Source of the DNA: Vicugna vicugna
Lineage: Eukaryota
Direction of reading: 5' to 3'
DNA length: 64,000 nucleotides
Assembly (NCBI GenBank): GCA_013265495.1
Contig: MU059614.1
Coordinates: 1,403,601 to 1,467,600 of the forward strand
Shown here piece after piece: positions 22,101 to 32,400 of the stretch. The number at the start of each line of letters is the position of its first letter. Within the stretch, counting starts at the first letter, position 1. A program made the translations under genes and the position numbers. The notes beneath the pieces are model-generated. The model was given only the letters and a program-made list of their open reading frames with translations. It did no database searches and had not been told where the DNA came from.

Positions 22101-25100
22101 ACTCCTGCATCCCAGGGACCCCGCCCTCCCTGGGTGACTAGTGCCAGAGCTGGACAAAGGTGGGCTGCTGGCTCTCTGAGAGGGTAGCCTGACCTCTTAC
22201 CAGAACTTTCCCCTTCGGCTCTCCACCCAATGCCACAGGACATTGGGCGTCACAGGGGCACCTCACGGGGACCCATGGGCCTGGTTTCATGTCTGAGAGA
22301 CAGCTTGCCTAAAAGCCCGGCATTCAGAAGGCTTGTGGCTTAGGATCCGGGCTGACCCAGCACCTCTCCTCTGTCTTCTGTTGATGCAGGTGGGCCAAAC
22401 CCAGGACTCATCCTCAGTGGGTTTCTGGGAGGGGCTGTCGGGGCGAGAGACCTGGGCGGAGCTGCCAGGAGCCCTGGCTGCGGTCGGCCTCTGCCGCAGT
22501 GCACGCAGCTCCGAGGCCCTCAGCCTCTCATCCTCTGGGTCTGTGACGTGGTAGCCTGTGGGGCTGCTGTGGGCTGGCGGCCGTACATTGGAGCTGGGGG
22601 TGTTCTGTAAACTGGGAGGCGCACCGATGCCCCAGGCTGCCCGTTAATGGGAAGCAGCCTGGCAGGAGGGACTGAACGTGGGCTTCGGGGTCAGACGGGC
22701 GTGGGTCTGTCCCAGCCCTGGGCTTCTGGGTCATGGAGCTCAGGGAGCATGCCCTGGCCTCTCGGAGCCCCCGAGGACTGCTGTGAGGGCTAAATGAGAC
22801 AAAATGCTGGGAGCTCCTGGCCCGCTGCTTGCTGTGACCTCAGTGTGCTCCTCTCTACAGTGGGGTTGCTGGGTAGGTCAGGGGACCTCACACAGGAAGC
22901 ACACAGGCCCAGCTTAGCAGGCAGAGTCGTCAGTGCACACTAGCGCTGAGATGGTTACTGCTGGTGTGATCTGGGGCCCACGGTTACCTGTCAGCCTGAG
23001 TCTAGGGTAACCAGGAGCCCAGGCTGCTCCCTTGACCCCCTCCCACGATGGGACATTTGACAGGTGGGAGCAGAATGTTCCGCCTGGGCTGTCCCAGCAC
23101 GGGCCCAGGCTTTCTGAGAGCAGCTTCCTTGCTCCCAGCAGAGGGAGCTCCTGCTGCCAGGGTTAAGCTGAGCCAGAACCTTGCCGGGGCAGGCTTGGTG
23201 GGCATCACCGTGGACTTGGGGGGACGCCGGGGCCTCACCCAGCCAGACCAGGCGAGTGAGCTTCTCCAGGCCCTCGATCTTCTCGATGGTGTTGTTGTCC
23301 AGCTGCAGCTTCCGCAAGTTCTCAAACTGCCAGAGGTTGTCTATGCGTAGGATGTCTGAAACAACAGGGCACACGCTGTGCTGCTTCCGGTCAGGGTCAG
23401 GGTCAGGATTTCAGCACCAGCGTCTGGGGGCTGGATGACCAATGCTAACCATGTGACAGGCTCCAGAGCTCCGCCACGTCCCCGAAGTGTGCGGGGGCCC
23501 TGGATGTGTGGGCCAGCACTGCGGAGCTCCGAGTCCCCGTCGGTGCTGCGGTCCCGGTGGCTCATGGGCACACCACAGGGTGCAAGGGGCTGGCCATCTG
23601 GTCAGGGATTCACTCAGCTGCCCTTGGAACGCCTGGGCTCAGGACACAGGGCACAGGAAGGGCCCCTCCTTCCTTCCACAGGGTGACAAATAGAATCAAG
23701 GCCTCAGGGCGGCCAGACAGCTAGTTGAGCAGTTTGGAGGGTGCTTGGCCTCGTGGACAGAAATACTGTGTCCTTTGACCCTGAAGTTTCTCTACGTGGA
23801 TTCTGTTTGCAAAGACCTGCAGTGTATATACCCAAAGGAACACCTGCAGGCACACGAGGGACAGAAAGATGGGGCCCAGGTGTCTGCGCATGGGGAGGGG
23901 ACAGATTGCTTACACGGCAGAGGCAGCTTCCCAGTGTCACCGAGTGCCTGAGCCCGCGGCCGCTGAGCCAGGCAGGCAGGCCTGAGCGTGTCCAGTTTTC
24001 CTAGAAGCCCCAGAGCTCTGCTGTTCACCTGTCCCTTTTTTCTATATTTGCTTTTGTAATGATATCCAAAACTTATAAAATGAGACTATGCTCATTAAAA
24101 GAACTGAAATAATATAAAAGTGAAAGGGGTTAAAAAAATTGCTTTTAACAAGCACACACTAGGGCGGCGGTTTCAACATTCACTCGGGGGGCCGCTGCCC
24201 TCCCCAGGCCGGTGGACAGCGGCTCCCTGACCCAGGGCCCGGTCGCGGGGCCGGGTGAGATGGCATCTGTCCCCAGCTCTCTGAGCCGGGTTTCCTGGAG
24301 TGACACCAGCCACCCCCAACCCCCATGCTTCAGAGGCCTGGCTGGCTGTTCCCTCTGCCTGGACCGCCTTCCCCGGATCCCCACGTGGCTCCTGTCCTCA
24401 CCTCCTCCTAGTTTTTGCTCAACTGTCACCTTCTTGGTGGGGCCTCTGACCCCCCAACAAAACACCACACCCCAACTCCCCTTTTCTCCTCTCCTTGCTT
24501 ATTTTTCTCCAGGGCACACGGGACCTCTCGGACACACTGTATTTTCCTTCTTTATTTTCTGTGTCCCCCTCCCTAGACGGCGAGCGGCACGAGGACAGGT
24601 TGTCTTGTTCACAGCTGACTCCCTGGTGCTCAGAACAGCACCTGGCATCACAGCGTCTGAGAAACAGCGCCTGAGCGGCAGGTGGGGCCAGGGAAGCCGG
24701 GAGGGCCCGGACACCCACTCTGTGCCCCTTAGCCCTCTCACGCCGAGGGGGCTGAGGCGCAGGGCCCTCCCCGCTCTGCAACTCCGGACCTGCCCTGGGC
24801 ACCGCCGAGTCCCCAGCTCTGACTTAGGACGTCCTTGCTGTCAACTGGATGACCCGGCAGGCTGACATGGAGGCCCGGGATAGAGCAGGGACAGGACCTC
24901 TGCCCACCTCTCCCGCTTCCTCCTGCGCCCCCTCCTTGAGCAAGCCAGGCCTCTGTTACCTTGTCTCGTCCACCCACCCACCACCCAGGATGGGGCTGCA
25001 GCCACCCCGTCTCACAGAGGGACAGGCCCCTGCCCCTGCTGTTTCCAACCCCTTCTCTGAAGCTGCTCCCCAGCATGTCCTCGCCCCGCACCCTGACCCG

Positions 25101-25549
25101 TGGGACCACCCTCCTAGGTTCCCCTGCCGGGGACCCTGCTCCCAGGAGCCAGGGTGGAGATGTGGTGGAGACAGCGTGGCCTTCGGAGTTCTCCTAGAGT
25201 TGGAGGGAGAATTTGCCCCTTTCTTGTTGTTACTTGGAGGTGGGGGTGCTGTGGGTGTTCACGTGCTACCAACACTCAGTATCTTGTTTTCAAGCCGTCC
25301 GTGCTGGCCCTACACCTTCTAACCCAGGCAGGGCCGAAGGCCACCCCGGACCACCCACCCCACCTGGCACCTGCCCCGCCTGGAATACACACTCTGGAAG
25401 TCCAGCTGCAGCGACAGGACGTCTTTGAAGAGGATGCCCTCCTGCTTGGCCAGCTGCCCGGCCTCGTCCCGTGGGCCCTGCTCCCCCACGGCCAGCTTCA
25501 GCATGTCGTCGTCCATCACCCTGGGTTCCATGTCGCACAGCTGGTGCAT
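9995..25549 (-). CDS. DRC3: Dynein regulatory complex subunit 3 (LRRC48), complete 522 aa; complement join(25393-25549,23239-23355,20893-21059,17994-18140,17537-17656,17016-17128,16058-16232,15137-15268,13456-13526,12231-12354,10298-10429,9995-10108)
   Basis: Spliced translation [21 protein letters not shown]...SDS22-like LRRs ([41 protein letters not shown])...coiled coil...[14 protein letters not shown]. Exon lengths 157+117+167+147+120+113+175+132+71+124+132+114 = 1569 nt = 523 codons. Confidence 0.97.
10298..10429 (-). CDS. DRC3: DRC3 coding exon 11
   Basis: ctcccag|CTC TTT GTC GAC...GAC AAG|gtgagc = [44 protein letters not shown]. Confidence 0.95.
11170..11295 (+). mobile_element. MIR SINE
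   Basis: CTCTGTGCCTCGGTTTCCTCTTCTGTGAAAGGG core. Confidence 0.6.
11786..11809. repeat. (GAGC)6 perfect tetranucleotide repeat
   Basis: gagcgagcgagcgagcgagcgagc in a DRC3 intron. Confidence 0.95.
12231..12354 (-). CDS. DRC3: DRC3 coding exon 10
   Basis: ctgcac|G ATG GCT CAG...CGC CCG|gtgagc = [41 protein letters not shown]. Confidence 0.93.
12355..13455 (-). other. U12-type AT-AC intron (1101 nt) in DRC3
   Basis: 5'SS ATATCCTTTCC at 13455-13445; branch GGCTTAAC at 12373-12366; ends ...TGCAC; the junction CT|G restores Leu-Met-Ala in frame. Confidence 0.92.
13456..13526 (-). CDS. DRC3: DRC3 coding exon 9 (U12 donor)
   Basis: ttccag|GAG ACT ATA...AGC CT|atatcctttcc = [23 protein letters not shown](L). 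Confidence 0.93.
13925..14120 (+). mobile_element. MIR SINE
   Basis: CAGCTCCACCACTGTGTGAAC..CTTCATCTATAAAATGGG..GCTTGGCAAGGTGCCTGG. Confidence 0.6.
15137..15268 (-). CDS. DRC3: DRC3 coding exon 8
   Basis: ccccag|AAT TTA AGT...CTG GAG|gtaagc = [44 protein letters not shown]. Confidence 0.94.
16058..16232 (-). CDS. DRC3: DRC3 coding exon 7
   Basis: ctcac|C TAC AAG GAC AAG TTC...TTG CTG|gtaggc = [58 protein letters not shown]. Confidence 0.93.
16233..17015 (-). other. U12-type AT-AC intron (783 nt) in DRC3
   Basis: 5'SS ATATCCTT at 17015-17008; branch TTCCTTGAC at 16251-16243; ends ...CTCAC; the junction AC|C restores Thr-Tyr-Lys in frame. Confidence 0.92.
17016..17128 (-). CDS. DRC3: DRC3 coding exon 6 (U12 donor)
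   Basis: ctgcag|GCT GCC TTC...GAG AC|atatcctt = [37 protein letters not shown](T). Confidence 0.93.
17537..17656 (-). CDS. DRC3: DRC3 coding exon 5
   Basis: caacag|AAG GAG CTG...CAC AAG|gttggg = [40 protein letters not shown]. Confidence 0.93.
17657..17993 (-). other. GC-AG intron (337 nt) in DRC3
   Basis: Donor ACA|GCAAGT; the nearest GT (+5) would shift the frame. Confidence 0.85.
17994..18140 (-). CDS. DRC3: DRC3 coding exon 4 (LRR cap), GC donor
   Basis: ctgcag|ATC ATC TAC...CAC ACA|gcaagt = [49 protein letters not shown]. Confidence 0.92.
18685..18800 (-). mobile_element. L2 3' end fragment
   Basis: TTATTTGTTCAACAAGCATCGTTAGGCACCTGCCAGGCC..GTGCTGG. Confidence 0.55.
19315..19690 (+). 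mobile_element. Old L1ME-like fragment
   Basis: GGCAATTGGCAAGATCTGTCAAAAT..GACCCAGCAGTTCTCCTCT..TTGGAAACCACCTCAGCGTCCA. Confidence 0.55.
20160..20260 (-). mobile_element. MIR SINE
   Basis: CATTTTACAGATGAGGAAACTGAGGC core. Confidence 0.6.
20893..21059 (-). CDS. DRC3: DRC3 coding exon 3 (LRR)
   Basis: ccgcag|AC CTG TCC TTC AAC...ATG AAC|gtgagc = [56 protein letters not shown]. Confidence 0.95.
23239..23355 (-). CDS. DRC3: DRC3 coding exon 2 (LRR)
   Basis: ttcag|AC ATC CTA CGC...TGG CTG G|gtgagg = [39 protein letters not shown]. Confidence 0.95.
24330..24670 (+). mobile_element. L2 3' end fragment
   Basis: GCTGTTCCCTCTGCCTGGA..AACTGTCACCTTCTTGGTGGGGCCT..TCTTGTTCACAGCTG..AGAACAGCACCTGGCA. Confidence 0.65.
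25393..25549 (-). CDS. DRC3: DRC3 coding exon 1
   Basis: ttccag|GGAGG ATG CAC CAG...TTC CAG A|gtgtgt. Confidence 0.93.
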
Positions 25550-28129
25550 CCTCCCTGGAAAACACCACGTCTGTCCCTAGGCCGCGTCTCCTGCCTCCTT
25601 TGCAGGACGGGTCTCCTGGGGTCTTTGCACACCATCGTGGGACGGCATGGCGGCCACAGACACTCTGAAGGCGGCACCCCAACCCTCGGCTGCGGTACTG
25701 GGGCTGCTCCAGGGCCCCGGCAGTGTCCCGCCTGGTGCCAACCCACAAGAGAGCAACCCTTGGCTCCATAACACAGCTGTGCCCCTGGCCCTGGCGTACA
25801 CACCCATCTCCTCAGCCTCCAGAGTTCAGCTGTCCTCATGGCCGTGCCCATCTCGGCCTCTGAATTTCCGCGCCTCCCTCTCCCTTGGAGGTTTCTTGAC
25901 AACAACCCCTAACAACGATCCTTGGCGGCTCCAGCCGGGCCAACCAGCCATGGCGCCCCCTCCCTGAGCACATCACTGCCTGCAGGCAGCCGTGTCTGTG
26001 AGCAGCTGTGGTGGGGGACGCTGGTGGACGCTGACTGGAGCTGGTCCTTCCTGGGGCCGCAGGGTGAAGGTGCCCTCAGAACCGCTGCTTGAGCCAGGGG
26101 CAGGCCAGGCATGTGGTCAAGTGAGAGTGAGGGGGGTCAAGGCGGACAGACAGACAGAAGCAGATATGGGAATACACATCCAGGAAAAGAGATGAAGGAT
26201 GGACAGACTGACACAGGTCCCAAATCTCAGGCCCCCGGGACTGTCCTGACTTCGCACATTCAGCCCTCTCTTCCTTAAACTCACTCCACTAGGCGCCTGT
26301 TGCCAAGGGATTTGGCTGAGACACTGAGGCAAAGGGGGTGTGTGGAGTGGGTCAGTTGTGGGCACAAGAGTCCCAGTCCTGGGGACCCTGGGCACCCTGA
26401 CCTGGTTCCATCTTTACCAGCCCCATTAGCGAGAGCACCCGGAAGGGCTGGACCCTGCAGGAGGGTGTGATTTACTGGAAATGCCCCGACTCTGCCTCCC
26501 AGACCCTCTACAGACTCAGCCCTTCCTCTGCTGCCCAGCCTGTCCCCACCTCCCTGTGGGTTCACCGACTGCCTTTGTACCCCCTGTGTCCCCAGCAGCC
26601 AGGCCTCTCTGTCCTGCTGGTCCCTGAGGCTAGGCAGCCCCTGAGTTCTGTGTCTTATCCCACTGAGTGCTGCTGGAGAGACTCCTGGCATTGGGCTGAT
26701 GGCGTCCACTGCAAACTGGGTGGGCCTGGCAGCCCTGCCACCTGGTCTCACTGCCCCACTGCCCTCCCCCACCCCCACCCCTTGCAATGCAGCTTACGCA
26801 AATGTGAGTATTCTGTTTCCAGAATGTCCCTGATCAACTGTGCCAGTGTCTCTAACTGTGGCGTGTCCTTTCCTCCTGCCCCAGAGGAGGCACAGCCTCC
26901 CCTTCCCCCTCCTCCTCCGGCGCCTTCTATCCCGTTCTCTCCAGTCTCTCCACACCAGCTCCATCTCCTTAGGGTGATCAATGCAACTCCCAAAGATGCT
27001 TCCAGTCCTCCGCCTACCTCTCTCCATCTCCCCACTCTCTTGAAACAATCTTTTCCTAAGATTTCCCATAACTTGGCAACAATTTGTCTTTGGGGAAATT
27101 GCTATGTGCTGTATTTGGCAGATGTTGCCTGAAAGTGTTTGTCGTTTTTTTAAAGAAAAGTGCTGTGCTTTGGGAAATGGTTCTTAATTCTTATTTCAAA
27201 GCTTTGGCTGACTTCTTGCCAGTCCCAGTCCGCCAAGGCCTGGCCCCTATGACAGGTCAAGCTTGCTTTCAGTGGGGCCCAACAGTCATGTGGAAGAGCC
27301 GTTACGCGCACTCTTGGTTAAGCACACTTGGGCAGGGGCGTGGATTCTGACCACGCATCCGTTGGCAACTAACCTCACCTCTTAGTTCACTGGGGAAGCC
27401 TTTGATTTCCCATCTGTGAAAGATGGACAGTTCCTCACCCCTGCATTTGCTTAAGATCTTTTATTTAACTCCCATATGTGTAATGAGGGGTCACTACAGG
27501 CTGGGAATAAAACAGATCTTCTCTCTGTTTCAGACCTGAATCAATCACACACATCTTTAATTATGAACCATGACAAGTTTATCATGTGAGGAACTGTGAC
27601 AGTGCACGTTAGGGACCCGGCTGAGACCTGGAGGATGAGCCAGAGAGAAGGAAGAGGGTTTGCACACTGAGGGCCCTAGGGACACAGGAGGAGTCGGGTT
27701 GCACTGTGGTTGAAGCAATGCGAGGCTGGAGAGGCCTACAGGACTGTTGTTATCCTATGACCCCCGGGAAGCTCCTGGGGCTTAACAAGGGCAGGGACGT
27801 AATCAGACTTCAACATTGAGAAGCTCACTCTGCTGTTGTTCTGAGAAGAGGTGCGAGGGTGGTGGATCTGAGAGACCTTGGACTCAATTTACACCAAGGA
27901 CCAACCGCCTGCAGTTTTCCAATAAGAAAACAGAAGCTACTCGGAAAGGTCAACTAGCCCAAGGTGACGCATAGAGTCTACCGCAGAAGCAGGACTCGAC
28001 CCTGCCCAGGCACTGTGGACCATCATTGTTCTTCAAGGCTGTTCAGGGTCGGGGCGAGGCCTGAACACTCCTCCCCTAAGGGGACTTTATCAATAGTTTA
28101 CCACCCAGCTGGGGTTCCTGTTGACTTGC

Positions 28130-28247
28130 CTGACAAGAATGTTCCTGCAGAAGGCGGGAAAGCAGCTGGGAGTCAACGGAGCAGTCTCCTCACGGAGAAC
28201 CAGATCCAGAATTGCCCTGTGAAACAAGAATTTAGGATCAACTGGAC
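28130..28247 (-). other. Candidate DRC3 5'UTR exon 2 (118 nt, GC donor)
   Basis: Acceptor ctgtatttttcag|; donor TCAG|GCAAGT; no ATG in the exon. Confidence 0.4.
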
Positions 28248-28557
28248 CTGAAAAATACAGCCCCTACTGGCCCAGAATTAATAAGAGAAAACCAACCATT
28301 GACCGAGTGCTCACTGCGTGCTGGTGCACACGCATTATTGAATTACAGGTCCGCTCTGGAGAAGGGAGCCCTGCTGCCCTAACTTCCCAGACAGGGAAAC
28401 TGAGCCCCGGAAGGGAGCTGCCGACAAGAGGCGGACATGGACTCGGTGTCCACGCTCCAAGCCAAAACCCTTCATATGGCAACAAGTTAACGACAGCTGA
28501 GAGGTCAGACGGAGGGTCAGTGATGCCCTCTTGAAGAGGTATCGGTGGGCCGGGTAC

Positions 28558-28860
28558 CTCTCCTTGTCCGGAGGCGGGGATGGGCTTTCAGAGGTCTCCT
28601 GGGGGTCTGCGCCCGGAGTAAAAGCGTCCCCACCTCCTCTCCCCGCGAGGCCCGAAAGCCGGCACCCGCGTGTGTCCAGGAGGTGGCTGCCAGGGGGCCC
28701 GGACGTCCTCCTCCAGGTGGGACAGGCCGGCGGGCTCCTCCGGGAAAAGGTCAAGAGCGCCGCCCTCGCTGGTCCTCCTGCAACCTCTGGGCCCCAGGCT
28801 CTCAGCGTCTCCAGCACCGTCGGCCGCGGGCTGCTAGCGCTCCGCCCGGTTGCTAGGGGA
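28558..28860 (-). other. Candidate DRC3 first (non-coding) exon; TSS approximate
   Basis: CpG-rich and ATG-free on -, starting at the X-box pair; candidate donor GAG|GTACCC at 28557. Confidence 0.35.
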
Positions 28861-28891
28861 ACCTAGAGCCGCATTCCGTTGCTAAGGGGAA
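28849..28891. promoter_or_regulatory. Tandem RFX X-box-like motifs
   Basis: GTTGCTAGGGGAAC (28849-28862) and GTTGCTAAGGGGAA (28878-28891) vs consensus GTTGCCATGGCAAC, at the 5' end of a motile-cilia gene. Confidence 0.65.
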
Positions 28892-29440
28892 GTCAGCTGG
28901 TAGACATCCTGGGTGAAAGTTGACGGCCACGTGATCACATTTCTGGGCGGGGAAATCCTCCCAGCACCAACCAGCGGAAGAGAAAACAAATGTTTGTCCA
29001 ATCAGCACTTTGTATGGGTAGGCATCTCACTAGCCCCTCCCCCTCCTCGCCACTACTTGAGTGACTGACTCGTCCCTTGTCCAGTGACAGTAAGGACTCG
29101 CTCGAGCGACCAATACGTCGATGAATCAAAATACAGAGACTCTCGTCCGAAGGCGGGCCAGGGGAAGTGATAGAGATTTCTGTGGCCTAGCTCTCAGCCC
29201 CGCCCAATCGGACGCTGCCGGGTGGGTTGGGGTCTCACTAAGGGAGGTGTGGGGGCCAATCGGAAGAGGGCAGAGCAGGCGTGGTCCAATAAGAACGCGG
29301 CGGGGGCGGGTCCAGGGGGCCGGATCTGGCGTTCCCGAGGGTGGGGCGGGGGTAAGTGTCAGTCAGGCGGGGAGCGCGGCGAGGGACGCAGAGAGCCGGC
29401 GGCTGACGGGCGCGGGCCGCTGCCTAGCCGTCCGCCCGTG

Positions 29441-29492
29441 ATGGAGTTCCTCCTGGGGAACCCGTTCAGCACCCCGGTGGGGCAGTGCCTCG
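29441..29492 (+). CDS. TOM1L2: TOM1L2 exon 1 coding part (52 nt)
   Basis: gtg ATG GAG TTC CTC CTG GGG AAC...CTC G|gtaagg. Confidence 0.95.
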
Positions 29493-32400
29493 GTAAGGCC
29501 GCGCGGGCGGCGGGGCGGGCGCCTGGGCCCCTCACGGCGGCGCCCCGAGACCCAGCGTTGCTCCGCGCTCTCTACGCAGCGGGGCCCAGCCCTTCAGCCC
29601 CGCCGGGCCGCGCCGGCTCTCCTTCCGTCCTCCCTCCGCGGGGCCGATCGCCTCGGGCCCCGGCCGAGCTCCCTGCCCCGGGCCTGCCCGTCGGAGCCCC
29701 CTCGGCTGGGAGCGGGAGGCCGGCGGGCTCCTGGGGGAACGGTCGGGGACCCGCCTGCACCGTCCCCGGGAGGAGGGCGGCCGTGCCCGTCCCGACGAGA
29801 GCCCCGGCCCGGAGCCCGGAAGCCGGACGTCAGCGGGGCCTTGCCGCCGACTCTCCCTGTGACCTTGTGCGAGTCACTGCCCTGCCGGCGCTGAAGTTTC
29901 CCGTCGTCCGAGGCGGGGTTCTGACGTTCCTTGGACTGGCTCCCCTCTCTCTTAAACCGGCCAGAGCTGACGTCTTTTGGTGGCCGACAGAGGGATGCTC
30001 CGCGTCCCGGGTCCGGGGAGGCCGAGATGCAGGTGCAGAAACACCAGAGGGGCCGCCCTGTGGAGTTTCCTTGCTGAAAAAGCAACTTGCCTTTTCACGC
30101 AAGGCAGGAGCTCATGCCAGGTGTCATCTATCAGGAAGGTCGATTGTTTCTTTTTAAAACTGGGTTCTTCCTGGGCTGTGGAAGGACTGGTAACACGTCT
30201 TATGAGCAGGGACCTTTGGTGTCCTTATGGGCCTGGCTGGATTGGGCAGGAGTGATTTATTTATTTCTGGCTTTGCTTATAAATGTATGGCTTGCTTTTT
30301 AGCCTTTAGTGGGGCCTGTGAAGTTATCGAGGCCTCTCCGATTGGCTCACTGGCATTTGGGAGCCTTTCTTTTCTTTATGTAGGGTCTCTGATAAGGGGT
30401 GATGTACACTGGGCCCTGGAAGAGTCTTGAGCGGGGAGGGTGTAGCTCAATGGTAGAGTGCATGCTTAGCATCCTCAAGGTCCTGGGTTCAATCCCCAGT
30501 CCCTCCATTTAAAAAAAAAAAAGTTGAAAGAGGCTTTGCGCACTTTTGTGACTGCCCTGTCCCTCGAGATTCCCACCCTCCCTCCTTCTTCCTCAGGTGC
30601 TCTATCACTGCATCCATATTCCAGAAACTCATTTCTCAGTTGAGTGTTGAATTCCAGCCGGCTGTAAGAGGGAGCCGGTAAACTTGGGGGAATTTTTTTT
30701 CTTCTCTGTTTCCTTTACAGTAGGAAGCTCTACCCCTTTGAAGTGCTAAGTAGTTGATGAGGGGTGTAAGTGAAAGGGGAGTTTAAAATATACAAGTATA
30801 AGGGGTATACAGGGATAGAGCAAATGGAAAGAGCGTGATTCTCTCAGGAGGACTGGAGTTGAATGTTCCCTTGCCCGGTTCAACTGTGGGACTCCAGAAA
30901 ATTGTGCAACCCTCCTGAGCCTTCGTTTGCACAGAGAGCAGGGTGGGCATTGATTTGCACTCACAGAGTAGTGTGGGCTTCAGTGAGATGACAGATGTAA
31001 ACTCTTAGCATTGGGCCTGGAACACAGGCTAAGGATGTTGTCACCGTCACCACTGTTAACAGAAAGATGAAGGTGGCATGAATCTTGTGTCTGGAGAGGG
31101 TACACGGGACAGCGGGCCTTTCTGTGCACAGTGGAGGAAAATGCCCTTCCAGGCCCCAGCGTCCATCATCCCTTAGAAAAGACACTTGGCCACAAGAGAA
31201 GGGAGCCTCCTCACTGCCCGTTGGTCAGCAGGCAAGACCCAGGTATGTTCACAGTTTAGTTCAGTTGAGACAAATGATTAGAGGACAGAATGAGGTTCTA
31301 ATGTATCGTCTGTGCTGTTGTGACAAAGTGTGAAAGTGGTTCTCACGACATTCAGTGTTGTCAGTGTTCTTTTAAAAGTATGTGCCAGGGGTTGGTGGGA
31401 GGGAGGGGAACAGAAATTAAACAGTGGAACGAGTGATTAACAGCAGGGGCTGTCCTCGCATGAAGCGGCCCTGCAGCTCCTTCTGGCTGCTCTGTGAAGT
31501 AGCTTTTATCGTCCTTCCCATTTTAGAGATGAGGAGACTGAGGCCCAGAGGAGTGAAAGGACTGCTCTCTGGTAAGAGGGAGCCAGCATTTCATAGCTGT
31601 CGGAATGGATGTTGTCAGGAGGGAGCAGATGCATGGGGACAGGGCTGACCGCAGAAGGCCACCCGGACCTGGCACTCAGCCGCCTCGTGGGGACTGTCAG
31701 TACTGTCAGGGGTCCGTAGACGTCACAGGAGCCGGGGCCTGACTTCTTTGAGTCTCAGGGCTGTTGGTGAGAGAAGTGGACCTGTGCCTGGGGACAGAAA
31801 AGGAGTCAGGGAGGGGTCCCCTGTCTGAGTGGAACAGAGTGGCTGTGGGGAGCAGGGCAGGAAGGGTTTGGGCCCAGGATGAAGTCCTGTCCTGGTGGCT
31901 GGCATTGAAGACACAGTCTTCAGCTGACGGTGACTTTATGTCTTGCTGGACCTCATTTTCCTCCACAGCCGCCTGGGGTGTGGACCTAAGTAATTCCGCC
32001 CTCCGGCACTCAAGTATTAAAAGCCTTTGGTAGGGAGCCTCCAGGATCAGTAAGGCCCCCACCGAAGGGCCCTGAGCTGCAGTCCAGGGGTGGGTAGAGC
32101 AGCGATCACTCTGCCTCAGGCCTGGGCCTCGGGCATGTGCTCCTGGCGCTGCGGGTCAAACTTGGGGTCTGCCTGGTGCCCTGGAAGGTGGTTCCTGAGT
32201 GGAGCCCATGGTCAGGGAGGACAAGTGGTAGGTGGTGTGAGGACAGCTTGTTCATCGTGAGTCTCTGAAGCAAGTCTCCAAGGGGCTCTGTCTTGAAGGC
32301 TGTCACGTGGGGCGTCCCTGAGCCAGCTCAGGACGCGCTGCACATGCTGACCACTCTCCTTGTGTGGCCTGGAGAATGTTTTCAGGTCCTCCTTTTCAGG

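Larger units (their letters stand above)
28550..30030. promoter_or_regulatory. CpG island / bidirectional promoter of DRC3 and TOM1L2
   Basis: Dense CpG; CCAAT at 28998, 29110, 29204, 29256, 29286; GC boxes; CACGTG at 28928; CGGAAG ETS motifs; genes diverge from here. Confidence 0.9.

Noticed and set aside
17781-23011. Identical 16-mer CTGAGTCTAGGGTAAC at 17781 and 22996 in DRC3 introns
   Set aside because: About one repeated 16-mer is expected by chance in 64 kb; it has only an X-box half-site.
29222-30157. 311-aa ORF containing the TOM1L2 start
   Set aside because: Open-frame CpG island; real coding stops at the GTAAGG donor (29493), and the ORF begins at GTG.
31132-31242. 111-nt in-frame candidate exon in TOM1L2 intron 1
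   Set aside because: It would interrupt the start of the VHS domain; such pseudo-exons are common in a 34-kb intron and there is no other support.
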